Both the position numbers and the translations under genes were made by a program. Of a DNA stretch of 64,000 nt, positions 19,771 to 28,749 are shown in pieces; position 1 is the stretch's first letter; every line of letters starts with the position of its first letter. Where the stretch lies: NCBI GenBank assembly GCA_040384765.1, contig JAZKIQ010000005.1, positions 358-64,357 of the forward strand, in the 5' to 3' direction. The stretch comes from Patescibacteria group bacterium (GTDB lineage: Bacteria; Patescibacteriota; Minisyncoccia; Phycocordibacterales; JBBUBG01). Below the pieces are notes generated by a model. That model saw nothing but the letters and a program-made list of their open reading frames with translations, was not told where the DNA came from and searched no databases.

Positions 19771-21709
19771 CATGGAAGAAGCTACCCCGGAGGTCGAACC
19801 CGCTCCGCAAATGTTCCTTATCTCGGTCATCCCTCTCTCGCGCGAGCCGCTCAGCGAAAGCCTTTCGTATTTCAGCAAAAAAAAGCTACCTGCCGGATCG
19901 CTCGTAGAGGTACCGGTACGCAACAGACACCTCTTTGCCCTCGTCTCCTCGTGTGAGTCCGTACTCGATCTTAAATCTGCAATAAAAAACGCACCGTTTC
20001 CGATCAAAAAAATAGACACACTCAAGGAGGGACTTTTTTTTGACGCGCCGTTTCTCGAGGCAATCCGCAAGGCATCGCACTTTTTTGCCGTCTCTCCGGG
20101 CGCACTCCTGCGCACCCATATCCCTGAGGCGATCCTTGAAAACTGGGATGGTCTGGAAGCAAAGGAGATGCCGCCGCGGGGCCTCCCTGCCATATCCGAA
20201 CAGTATCTCTTGCAGGCGCCTATTACCGAACGTGAAGGGATCTATCGCGCGAAAATCCGAGAGGAGTTTGCAAAGAAGCATTCAATCCTCCTCTTGGTGC
20301 CCAGCAAGAGCGCCATCGATGATAGCGCGCTCCGGCTCTCTCGAGGGATCGAAGAGTACACGATCAAGCTCCATGGAGATCTCCCCGCCAAAGAGCTCCT
20401 TGCCAGCTGGAACAAAGCACTTTCCGAGGAGCACCCCGTGCTCGTAATCGCGACCGCACCGTACCTCGCGCTCCCGCGCCACGATATTGGCACCTACATA
20501 ATCGAGCATGAAGCAGGAGCGGGCTACCGCTCTATTGTGCGGCCCTACTACGACTCGCGAACGATCGCCGCATACCTCGCGGCCGCGCGCGGTGCCTCGA
20601 TCATCTTTGCCGACACACTTCTCTCGTTTGAAACACTCCACAAGAAGGAGCTCGGCGAAGCGCAGGCACTCGCTCCACTCAAACATCGGCTTGTCTCAAG
20701 CGGTGAGACAGCGGTGATCGACCTCAAAAAAAACAAAGAGAAAAAGGGTGACTATTTTCTTTCCGCAGAACTCCTCTCGACAATAAAAGAGACCCTTGCC
20801 CGTGAACAAAACCTCTTTTTATTTACAACACGAAAAGGGATCGCCCCGCTGACGGTGTGCAACGACTGCAGCACCACTCTCGGCTGCAGCGTGTGTGGAA
20901 GGCCACTGGTACTCTATGCACGAGAGGCAAAAAAAGAGGGCGAATCAAAGAATGTGTTTGTCTGCCATTCATGCTCAAAAGAGTACCCGACAGATACTCG
21001 CTGCGCTGTATGCGGAAGCTGGCGCTTGGCCCCGCTTGGCGTAGGAGTAGAGCGAGTGAAGGAGGCGATACGCGAGGCATTTCCTGAAGCACATATCTTC
21101 TCGGTAGACCGCGACAGCACCAAAACACACAAGCAGGCGCTTGAGGTGGCAGGGCGCTTTCAAAAATCATCCGGGGCGATCTTGATAGGCACAGAGATGG
21201 CGCTGCCGTACCTCACAGAGATTAGTGTGAGCGCTGTGGTGTCGGCAGACAACCTTTTTGCAATCCCAGATTTTCGGATCAACGAGAGGCTGATGCACAT
21301 ACTAGTCGAGATGCGCGAAAAAACTCGTGGTGCGTTTATCATACAGACCCGAAAGCCTGATCTGCGTATCTTTACTCACGCAAAGCGCGGCACTATTTTT
21401 GACTTTTATCGCGAGGAGATGGAGAACCGCAAGAAATATGACTACCCACCCTACTCTGTTTTTGTAAAAATAACGCGCACCGGAAAAAGCATGGAGGTTC
21501 ATGCAGAGATGGATACTCTTGAGATCGATCTTGCGGAGTGGAAACCCGAGGTGTTCTCAGGTTTTGCGCCGCCCCATGGTGGAGAGGAGACCATGCATGC
21601 ACTTGTGCGCCTCGAACCCTCGCTCTGGCCACACGATAGGCTGATCGCACTTTTGCGAAAGCTGCCGCCAAAGTTTTATATAGAGGTAGACCCCGAGGAG
21701 CTGTTTTAA
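19771..21709 (+). CDS. priA: primosomal protein N-prime (PriA)-like with degenerate helicase motifs; start uncertain (19682 TTG to ~19808)
   Basis: Cys4 zinc-ribbon insert CNDCSTTLGCSVCG...CHSCS...CAVCG typical of PriA; C-terminal domain conserved; no GxxxxGK[ST] Walker A, DEEH replaced by IEHE. Confidence 0.6.
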
Positions 21710-21717
21710 AAAGAAAC

Positions 21718-21754
21718 CCCGACAACCGTCACCGGTTGTCGGGGCGCTCTCAGG
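21718..21754 (-). terminator. rho-independent terminator (minus strand)
   Basis: ccccgacaaccg-tcac-cggttgtcgggg followed on minus strand by tttcttttt. Confidence 0.65.
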
Positions 21755-21787
21755 TGAGAGCTTGCTACTTGGAACTGCTTGGTCGCG

Positions 21788-22171
21788 CTAGGCAGCCCGA
21801 AGCGCGCGGAGGCGGACGTACATATCGTACTCCTGCTTCTTCACGCCCCGCCGAGGCACGACCAAGAGGTCCCACTCGCGAGAGAACTGCTGTTCTCCCA
21901 CTTTGAGCTCCGCGGCCGCGAAGGAGAGGGCCATCCCCTTCAACACCTCTTCAGGGAGAGGCTCACCATCTTCGACTTCGAGGTAGTTCGCGCTGATCCT
22001 CTCGAAGAAGGAGGCAATTTCCGGAGTGAGCTCCGGAACGATGCTCACGCTTTCCATCATCTCGTCGTGCAGGCATGGCCTCTTGTCTGCCCTGCTCGCC
22101 CGACGAGCGAGCAAGATGACGAGCATTACGAACGCACAGACGACCTGGGGCCACGAATCGATAAAGAACAA
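21788..22171 (-). CDS. hypothetical small membrane-anchored protein (GC-rich cassette); boundaries uncertain
   Basis: GC-rich region with overlapping ORFs on both strands; minus-strand terminator downstream; consensus-type promoter TTGACT-N16-TACAGT at 22219-22246 and SD gaggagg suggest TTG start ~22171 rather than ORF-track 22279. Confidence 0.35.
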   Translation of the reverse strand: MFFIDSWPQVVCAFVMLVILLARRASRADKRPCLHDEMMESVSIVPELTPEIASFFERISANYLEVEDGEPLPEEVLKGMALSFAAAELKVGEQQFSREWDLLVVPRRGVKKQEYDMYVRLRALRAA

Positions 22172-22218
22172 GGTGCCTCCTCTGCATTTTGCGCATTTCC
22201 GTCTGGAAAGCTTCCGAA

Positions 22219-22246
22219 TATACTGTAACATCTTTTGAAATAAAGT
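22219..22246 (-). promoter_or_regulatory. promoter P5 (TTGACT-N16-TACAGT) of same family as P1-P4
   Basis: minus strand ttgactttatttcaaaagatgttacagt. Confidence 0.4.
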
Positions 22247-22287
22247 CAACATATCCTGCGCGTGGATTGTGAGGCACAATTGAACAA

Positions 22288-23625
22288 ATGGCTGAGATAC
22301 GTGAAATCGTACAGGAAGGGACGCCTGTTCTTCGTGAAGTTACGAAAGAGGTTCCCCTTGAATCAATACGATCTCCAAAAATTCAAAAACTGATCGCCGA
22401 GATGAAGGCGACCGCTTCCAGGTGCGTAGATGGCGTAGCCCTCGCTGCACCACAGATCGGAGAGCCACTCCGCATTTTTGTTGTATCACCTCGTGCCTAT
22501 GCAGAAGGCGAGGATCTTTCGGAAGAGAATCTCGTCTATATCAACCCCAAAATAGTAAAGCTCTCCAAGAAAAGAGAAGAGCTCGACGAAGGATGCCTCT
22601 CTGTGCGCAATGTGTATGGCAAGATCGAGCGCTCAGAACGTGCCACGATCGTCGCATATAATGAGCACGGCGTGTCATTCGAGCGAGGTGCAGGCGGACT
22701 CCTCGCAGAGATATTTCAACACGAGATGGATCATCTCGAAGGAAAGCTTTTTATCGACTTTGCACGCGATCTGCGCATGGTGCCTCCTAAAGAGGTGCCT
22801 CGATTCGTTTTTTTTGGCACACCAGAGTTTGCGGTGCAGGTAGCAGAGGAGCTTGAGAAAAAGGAGCTGCTCCCCATACTAGTGGTTGCTGCACCTGACA
22901 AGCCGGTCGGCAGGAAGGGCGTTATCACTCCCCCACCCATGAAGGTGTGGGCAGAGAAGCGGCACATACCGTGCATCCAACCAGCAACGCTCAAAGGGAA
23001 AGAGGCGCTCGATACTCTTGTCGGGGAACAGCCCATACTGTTTGTCGTTGCCGCCTACGGCAAGATCATCCCTCAATCTATTCTTGATATCCCTTCACGC
23101 GGCACCCTAAACGTGCACCCTTCGCTTCTTCCCCGCCATCGCGGAGCAGCACCTATTCAGACAGCGATTCTTGAGGGAGACAAAGAGACAGGGGTGTGCG
23201 TAATGGTGCTTGATGCAGAGATGGATCATGGGCCAATCCTAGGATGCGAGCGACTAACGCTCGGAGAGTGGAAGCCCTCATACCCAGAGCTCGAAGAGAA
23301 GCTTGCACTTATGGGAGGTAAGCTTCTCGCGCGCCTTATCCCAAAATGGGTCAAGGCAACTATTGAGCCGAAGGAGCAAGATCATGTGAAGGCAACATTT
23401 ACAAAAAAACTTGAGACCGAAGATGCATTTGTTGAGCCAGGCGAAATAGAGAGCGAGCTTGCCGATCGCAAGATTCGCGCACTGCATCCGAGCCCAGGCG
23501 CATATACGATATTAAAAACAAAGACAGGCAAAGAGGTGCGACTCAAACTGCTACCTGGAGGCAAAGTGATTCCGGAGGGGAAAAAAGAGATGCTGTTTAG
23601 AGAGTGGAAGAGGGGCAATCTCTGA
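22288..23625 (+). CDS. def-fmt: fused peptide deformylase / methionyl-tRNA formyltransferase (Def-Fmt fusion)
   Basis: N-terminus has Def motifs GVALAAPQIG, EGCLSV, QHEMDHLEG; C-terminus has Fmt motifs FFGTPEFAV, HPSLLPRHRGAAPIQ; single uninterrupted 445-aa ORF. Confidence 0.8.
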   Translation: MAEIREIVQEGTPVLREVTKEVPLESIRSPKIQKLIAEMKATASRCVDGVALAAPQIGEPLRIFVVSPRAYAEGEDLSEENLVYINPKIVKLSKKREELDEGCLSVRNVYGKIERSERATIVAYNEHGVSFERGAGGLLAEIFQHEMDHLEGKLFIDFARDLRMVPPKEVPRFVFFGTPEFAVQVAEELEKKELLPILVVAAPDKPVGRKGVITPPPMKVWAEKRHIPCIQPATLKGKEALDTLVGEQPILFVVAAYGKIIPQSILDIPSRGTLNVHPSLLPRHRGAAPIQTAILEGDKETGVCVMVLDAEMDHGPILGCERLTLGEWKPSYPELEEKLALMGGKLLARLIPKWVKATIEPKEQDHVKATFTKKLETEDAFVEPGEIESELADRKIRALHPSPGAYTILKTKTGKEVRLKLLPGGKVIPEGKKEMLFREWKRGNL

Positions 23626-23740
23626 CCAACGTCAGAGATTGCCGGTTGGTAATCCAACCGAGACCGAAGCTGCACCCGAACGATAGTGAGGAATAAGTGC
23701 AGGTGAGAAAATCTGACACAAGAGATCAGAGCTCAGTTAG

Positions 23741-23785
23741 AAAAAAATTCAAGCCCCGGTTCGCTTGCGCGAACCGGGGCTTTCC
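23741..23785 (-). terminator. GC hairpin terminator (gccccggttcgc-ttgc-gcgaaccggggc), copy 1 of a duplicated hairpin
   Basis: on minus strand followed by ttgaattttttt; near-identical copy at 24102-24131. Confidence 0.6.
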
Positions 23786-23791
23786 GCGGGT

Positions 23792-24082
23792 CTAGGCCCG
23801 ATCGGCGTCCTCCATCTCCTGCTCATGGCTACGGAGACGCTCCGCCTTCTCCTCTTCGGCGGCCTGCTTCTGCGCGAGGATAGCGCCCACGACATCAGAC
23901 ATGTCCGAGGAGCGCAGCCTGCTGCAACAGTCTCGGTAGGCCGCCATGATCTCGTCGTGATTCTCAGGAATCTTGGTAGCGCGCAGGAGTCGCTCGAGCA
24001 TCTCGAGCTGACCCTTCGTCTGCACCATCTTGATGATCGCCACCACCGAGAGATGGAATGGCTTGAGATCTTTGGGATCCAC
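23792..24082 (-). CDS. hypothetical protein (GC-rich, GTG start with SD aaggag)
   Basis: 96 aa, acidic C-terminus; flanked by two near-identical GC hairpins. Confidence 0.5.
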   Translation of the reverse strand: MDPKDLKPFHLSVVAIIKMVQTKGQLEMLERLLRATKIPENHDEIMAAYRDCCSRLRSSDMSDVVGAILAQKQAAEEEKAERLRSHEQEMEDADRA

Positions 24083-24101
24083 GATTTTTCTCCTTGGTTT
24101 T

Positions 24102-24131
24102 CGCCCAGGTTCGCTTGCGCGAACCTGGGCG
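24102..24131. repeat. second copy of the ttcgcttgcgcgaac GC hairpin (cgcccaggttcgc-ttgc-gcgaacctgggcg)
   Basis: shares 15-nt core with hairpin at 23753-23780. Confidence 0.55.
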
Positions 24132-24146
24132 GTTGCGAACTAGTGC

Positions 24147-24530
24147 TTAGCTCAAGTGGACTTCGTAGCGATGGTGCTCGAGGCGCACGACGGAAGCGAG
24201 CAACGACTCGCAGTGAGTAGTCGCCCGTTCGACCCAGGTGAGGGTCAGGACCTCGACGCGAGACTGGCCGTCAACGAGCCTGTCTACGAGAGTTGCGAGG
24301 TCGAGAGGATGAATGCTCGAGAGCTTAAGTATCAGATCCTTAGAGCGGGTCAATATCAGGACCGTCAACGCGGCAGACCTTTCGGTGATGTCACCATTCG
24401 GCCCCCTTTCGATGTGCCTGATCTCCTTCCAGTACACCTTCGGATCAGACTCCTTGTCGTTCACGGCAAACTCTCCTGCCACCTTCAGATTCTCCAGTTT
24501 CTTCACAGGACATTCCCCTTTCGTTGCCAA
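24147..24530 (-). CDS. hypothetical protein (GC-rich; TTG start at 24530 or GTG at ~24506)
   Basis: 127 aa; upstream consensus promoter P3; forms two-gene islet with 23792-24082. Confidence 0.45.
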   Translation of the reverse strand: MATKGECPVKKLENLKVAGEFAVNDKESDPKVYWKEIRHIERGPNGDITERSAALTVLILTRSKDLILKLSSIHPLDLATLVDRLVDGQSRVEVLTLTWVERATTHCESLLASVVRLEHHRYEVHLS

Positions 24531-24567
24531 GGACTCGCAGACCTACCGGTATCTGCATCCCTTGGCG

Positions 24568-24596
24568 TGAAAGTTGCCGGTAGCTATCTAATATAA
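24568..24596 (-). promoter_or_regulatory. consensus promoter P3 (TTGACA-N17-TGcTATTAT); -35 overlaps the upstream terminator stem
   Basis: minus strand ttgacattcttcataaatagtgctattat. Confidence 0.55.
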
Positions 24597-24615
24597 TAGC
24601 ACTATTTATGAAGAA

Positions 24616-24650
24616 TGTCAAAAGCCGCCTCTGGGCGGCTTTTGACATTT
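24616..24650. terminator. bidirectional terminator (14-bp perfect stem tgtcaaaagccgcc/ggcggcttttgaca)
   Basis: perfect palindrome downstream of cyclophilin gene. Confidence 0.6.
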
Positions 24651-24668
24651 AATGAGTTGGAAATAGAG

Positions 24669-25376
24669 CTACTTCACTACTACGCTCGTGAGCAGAATAT
24701 CCGTAAGCGGTTTGTCTCCTTCTCCATGATTTACCGGAGCTGACTCGATCTTATCAACAATATCCATACCAGAAACGACACTGCCAAAAGCGGTATGCTT
24801 GCCGTCGAGCCATGGGGTTGCCGGGGCAGTGATAACAAAAAACTGCGAACCGTTTGTGTTTGGCCCCGCATTTGCCATTGCGAGCACACCACGCACAAGC
24901 GCCTCATCGCTCGTCTCGTCTGCAAACTGGTAGCCTGGGCCGCCAGTGCCCCAAGAGGCCCGCTTGCTTGAATCCTTTGAAAACGGATCTCCGCCCTGGA
25001 TCATGAACCCCTTGATCACTCGGTGAAAGCGGGTGCCATCGTAAAAATGCTCATGTGCAAGCTTGAGAAAATTTTCAACTGTCTTTGGAGCCTTATCGCG
25101 AAAGAGCTCGAGCTCGATAATGCCAAGCGAAGTGGTAAAGACAACATGAGGGCGAGCATTTGGGGTTTCCATAGGTTTTGGTGGGGTTTTTATAGCTGGA
25201 GAAGTAATAGCAGGAGCGGTATGAACTCCTGAGACAGCCGCGTCTCGAACAAATGAGTCTTGCTCTGTCGCGACTGACCGCGAAAAGAACACGAGGCCAC
25301 CTGCAGTAAAGGCTGAAAATACAATAAAAGTGATCCAGTAGGCGATATCTTTCATTAAAATAGAATACCGCATCAA
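24669..25376 (-). CDS. ppiB: membrane-anchored cyclophilin-type peptidyl-prolyl cis-trans isomerase
   Basis: N-terminal TM; FHRVIKGFMIQGGDP cyclophilin signature. Confidence 0.8.
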   Translation of the reverse strand: MMRYSILMKDIAYWITFIVFSAFTAGGLVFFSRSVATEQDSFVRDAAVSGVHTAPAITSPAIKTPPKPMETPNARPHVVFTTSLGIIELELFRDKAPKTVENFLKLAHEHFYDGTRFHRVIKGFMIQGGDPFSKDSSKRASWGTGGPGYQFADETSDEALVRGVLAMANAGPNTNGSQFFVITAPATPWLDGKHTAFGSVVSGMDIVDKIESAPVNHGEGDKPLTDILLTSVVVK

Positions 25377-25388
25377 GAGATAAGAGGC

Positions 25389-25479
25389 CAGAGTTCAGAG
25401 CTCAGTCAGAACGAAAGCGGCGCCTCGAAGAGGCGCCGCAGCCTGAACTCTGTTTACTGAACTCTAATCTCTAAACTCT
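25389..25479. repeat. family-B cluster copy 3 with embedded GC hairpin gcggcgcctc-gaa-gaggcgccgc (hpf-ppiB gap; last unit overlaps hpf stop codon)
   Basis: cagagttcagagctcagtcaga...gcctgaactctgtttactgaactctaatctctaaactct. Confidence 0.6.
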
Positions 25480-25840
25480 ACTCCCCCGTATGTATCATCT
25501 CCTTGATCGCGCGGCCCCCTTTGCGTTCAAGATCCTTCTTTTTATCGCGAAATGAGGTAACCTGCTCCTCGATCTCATCTTTCACTGCATCAATAGCCGC
25601 ATACATATCCTCTTTTTCTGCTGTCACCGTAAACTTCTTGCCATACGCGCGCAAAATAATCTCCGCCTTGAATATAACTCCGGATACGTGATGTTTCGTG
25701 GTCTTGCCGATATCCACCTGGGCAATTGCAGCATCCTCGGTTGCATCTACGATTTTGCCTACCTGGGTAAGCTTTTTTTCAACATACGAACGCAGCGCTT
25801 CTGTAAGATCAGTACCTACTGCCGTAATATTGATTTTCAT
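25478..25840 (-). CDS. hpf: ribosome hibernation promoting factor (HPF/RaiA family, short form)
   Basis: MKINITAVGTDLTEALRSYVEKKL... sigma-54 modulation protein fold. Confidence 0.8.
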   Translation of the reverse strand: MKINITAVGTDLTEALRSYVEKKLTQVGKIVDATEDAAIAQVDIGKTTKHHVSGVIFKAEIILRAYGKKFTVTAEKEDMYAAIDAVKDEIEEQVTSFRDKKKDLERKGGRAIKEMIHTGE

Positions 25841-25888
25841 GCTTTGTTTGTTATGCCTTGTAGCTACAGTGTACACCAACGAGAACAC

Positions 25889-27094
25889 CTATGATGACGA
25901 AAGAGTTGCTCTTCGTTTCCCGATGAAGAGAACAAAGAGGAGTGTGCCCGCGCACATCGCAAAAGCTCCATACCAAAGCGCAGAAGCAAATCCGTAGACT
26001 GTCCAGATTGTTCCACCAATAACTCCCGCCACAAGGCTTGAGATTCCGATGGTTGCACCGATCATCCCCTGGGCACCGCCTCGACGCTCATCCTCGACAA
26101 GCTTGGCGGCATATGAGCGCAAAATCCCATCAGTAAGCGCAGAGTAGAGGCCAAGCAACACAAACCCAAGAAGAATCGCCCACGGCTCTACAGAGAGAGC
26201 GAGTACGATGTAGGAAACGATTGCAACAGCAAAGCCCGCGAGCACCATACGGCGCTCGCCGAAGCGGTCGGAGATCTGTCCTATCGGAAAGGCAAAGAGT
26301 ACAAACGAAAGACTGTAGATAAAGTAAAAGATCGGTACAAACGAGAGATCGGGATTGATCGGTGCAATACGCAGAAGAAGAAGCGATACCGGAAGCATGC
26401 CAAGGCCGAACACAAACGTGGCAAGGAGAAGCTTCTGAAACTCCCGTGGATACGAGCGGATACTCCACGAAAGCTTTTTCGCCAGAGGACGATCAGAGGG
26501 CACGTCGTGAACAAAGAAAAACGCGAGGAGCGCGAGGATTCCCGCAATAAAACCGATAAAAAAGAGGCTGCGGTAGTTGAAAAAAAGATACGGCAACAAG
26601 AAAAACCCTACGAGAGGACCGATCGTGCTGCCAATCGTATCCATAGCTCGATGGTAGTTGAACGACTTACCGAGGTCTTCACGAGGGGCAGAGTCAACAA
26701 TGAGTGCATCGCGCGGTGCGTCGCGAAACCCTTTTCCGATCCGATCGATAATACGAAGACCAAACACCCCTGCCGCCGAAGCGGTAAACACGAGGCCTAG
26801 GCGCGTAAGCACCGAGAGCGTATATCCCGCAAACGCAAGGCTCTTTCGTTTTTTTAGATAGTCCGATAGATGGCCAGAAAAGATCTTGAGTACGCTCGAG
26901 AGAGCATCTGCAGCACCCTCGAGAAGCCCTACAAAGGCCGGCGTGGCCCCGAGCAGGGTCGTCAGGAAGACTGGCATGACCGAGTAGACCATCTCCGAAG
27001 AAAGATCGTTGAGGAGGCTAACGATGCCGAGGTAAAAGACGTTCGAATCGAGCCCGGCAATTTTTCGTTTTTGCATACGGCTAGTATCACACAA
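25889..27094 (-). CDS. MFS transporter
   Basis: 401 aa, 12 predicted TM, MFS loop motif GRLSDRFGRR-like (ISDRFGERRM). Confidence 0.7.
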   Translation of the reverse strand: MCDTSRMQKRKIAGLDSNVFYLGIVSLLNDLSSEMVYSVMPVFLTTLLGATPAFVGLLEGAADALSSVLKIFSGHLSDYLKKRKSLAFAGYTLSVLTRLGLVFTASAAGVFGLRIIDRIGKGFRDAPRDALIVDSAPREDLGKSFNYHRAMDTIGSTIGPLVGFFLLPYLFFNYRSLFFIGFIAGILALLAFFFVHDVPSDRPLAKKLSWSIRSYPREFQKLLLATFVFGLGMLPVSLLLLRIAPINPDLSFVPIFYFIYSLSFVLFAFPIGQISDRFGERRMVLAGFAVAIVSYIVLALSVEPWAILLGFVLLGLYSALTDGILRSYAAKLVEDERRGGAQGMIGATIGISSLVAGVIGGTIWTVYGFASALWYGAFAMCAGTLLFVLFIGKRRATLSSS

Positions 27095-27150
27095 AACAAG
27101 AAACCGCCGAAGCGGTCTCTTGTTGTAGCAGCGACTTAAGCATTAGCTAT

Positions 27151-27254
27151 AAACCTTTCATATGCGAGACGCAGGTGAGCATCGAGCAATGCTGTACTTA
27201 AAGGTACTGCTTTGCGAGCAAGCGGAACCTGCAACGAAGCAGATGAAGGTTTTA
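27151..27254. repeat. family-D element copy 4 (diverged TIRs aaacctttc/gaaggtttta)
   Basis: gcaggtgagcatcgagcaatgctgtacttaaaggtactgctttgcgagcaagcggaacctgcaacgaagcagatgaagg. Confidence 0.45.
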
Positions 27255-27477
27255 GCAATGCGCGGCTACTATCTAGATCGGTCTCTGGCCCTGTATCAGG
27301 CGTACCAGCACCATCACGATCGCAACAACAAGGAGCAGATGGATGAACCCTCCAAGTGTATACGAGGTGACCAGGCCAAGGAGCCACAAAACAATCAACA
27401 ATACAGCAATGGTTTCAAGCATGGTAATGAGAGAGCTTCGCCCAAAAGAACCCTCTTAGGCTAAGCGCTCCAAATAT

Positions 27478-27861
27478 CTAGCGTACGTGTACCTCGCGGC
27501 GAATATCTTCACGCGTTGCCCCGCCGGTGCCCATTCCCCACCCCACGATAATGAGAGCCACCGCGATCACAACGACCACAAGAATTACCCACGTGTTCGC
27601 AGAAAGGCCGCCGAAGGAGTCAGCATTTGTCGTGTCTGCAGGTGCCCCTGTCGTAATCTCGACAGACGTCGAAGGAAGGACCGTGCCTGTTCCCCCGGAA
27701 GGATCTGCTGGGGCTGTTACCCCAGTGCTATCACCCGTGCCACTCGTGCTCTGTGCATGAGAAAATGCCGGCACGAAAAGCGACATGGTAAAGCCAAACA
27801 GGAGCACCAGCGCAGCAAGCAGCGTAAGCGAACGTTCTCCGGAATGCGTATAGTTTGTCAT
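27478..27861 (-). CDS. secreted/membrane-anchored low-complexity (S/T/G-rich) protein
   Basis: signal peptide, ST-rich linker, C-terminal TM anchor. Confidence 0.45.
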   Translation of the reverse strand: MTNYTHSGERSLTLLAALVLLFGFTMSLFVPAFSHAQSTSGTGDSTGVTAPADPSGGTGTVLPSTSVEITTGAPADTTNADSFGGLSANTWVILVVVVIAVALIIVGWGMGTGGATREDIRREVHVR

Positions 27862-27979
27862 AATACGTTAGCGCACATCGGTGCGCATTTTCATTTCGAC
27901 CTTTCATCTCACTTCACCCACGTAGACGCGAGCATACAACCAGCTCTTACACAGCCAGGATACGAAAAGAAACGGTACG

Positions 27980-28741
27980 TTAGCGCGTGAGGAAACGAGT
28001 AAATAGAGTATTCTCGGCAAGCTGTGGCTTAAGCGTGTTCCACGGAATAGTGACCTTCTGAGCTCCGGCTGCGTAGGGCGCAACCTGATATGGATCAAAA
28101 AGAATAGTAAGGCCCTCTGCAGAAATAAGATAGCTCTTGAAATGCTCCTCCTTAGGCGCAGTGCCCATCAAAATGGTTTCGCGAAACTCCTCCCCAAGCT
28201 GTCGAAGCAGATCTCCCTTCGTGAACTGTGATAGCACCCCAAGATAGGCTGAGGTCGGGCGGAAAATAGCCTTGAGCGGAATCACCTCTGCAGTTCCCAG
28301 GTCGTAGAGCAGTGTTGTAGTGAAGGAGAAGGGATGAGCAGCACCAGCAGAGTATGCAGAATGCATAAACTCGATCGAAAGGAGGTGCTCATCTTTGTAG
28401 CGAACCTGATACGAGGTCTCAAGCTCACTTTCGAGGCCCACGAGCGCTGGGGGTCGAGGTGCTTCTGCGTCCTGCCTGAATGAAAGTGCAAGCTGATTAA
28501 TGTCACCCTGAATCTCACGATTTATCTTTTCATCGAGGGCAGGGGTAGCAAGCCCCGAGATAACGGGATACTCGATGTTAATAGCAAACCTTTTATCCGA
28601 GTCTTCTGCATGTATCTCTTTTTTCTCAATAGCAAAAGGCGCCTTTGGGGCAAGTATGCCTCCGCGAGTCGCAAAGAACCACCCACCCGCGAGAAGTGCG
28701 ACAATCAAAAGTAGCCAACCAAAAAGGGATTTTTTAGACAT
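27980..28741 (-). CDS. DUF3298/DUF4163 (RsiV/PdaC-like) membrane-anchored protein
   Basis: N-terminal TM; C-terminal ILFDPYQVAPYAAGAQKVTIPW matches the DUF3298 signature. Confidence 0.5.
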   Translation of the reverse strand: MSKKSLFGWLLLIVALLAGGWFFATRGGILAPKAPFAIEKKEIHAEDSDKRFAINIEYPVISGLATPALDEKINREIQGDINQLALSFRQDAEAPRPPALVGLESELETSYQVRYKDEHLLSIEFMHSAYSAGAAHPFSFTTTLLYDLGTAEVIPLKAIFRPTSAYLGVLSQFTKGDLLRQLGEEFRETILMGTAPKEEHFKSYLISAEGLTILFDPYQVAPYAAGAQKVTIPWNTLKPQLAENTLFTRFLTR

Positions 28742-28749
28742 TGGGTTGA

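Noticed and set aside
21779-22228. Plus-strand ORF 21779-22228 (149 aa) overlapping the minus-strand cassette gene
   Set aside because: GC-rich DNA produces long ORFs on both strands. The terminator T-run and promoter/SD signals support the minus-strand gene. The plus ORF has no SD, promoter or terminator.
23700-23745. Possible sixth family-B copy (single cagagctcagt unit)
   Set aside because: Only one repeat unit and no inverted partner. It is probably a degenerate remnant.
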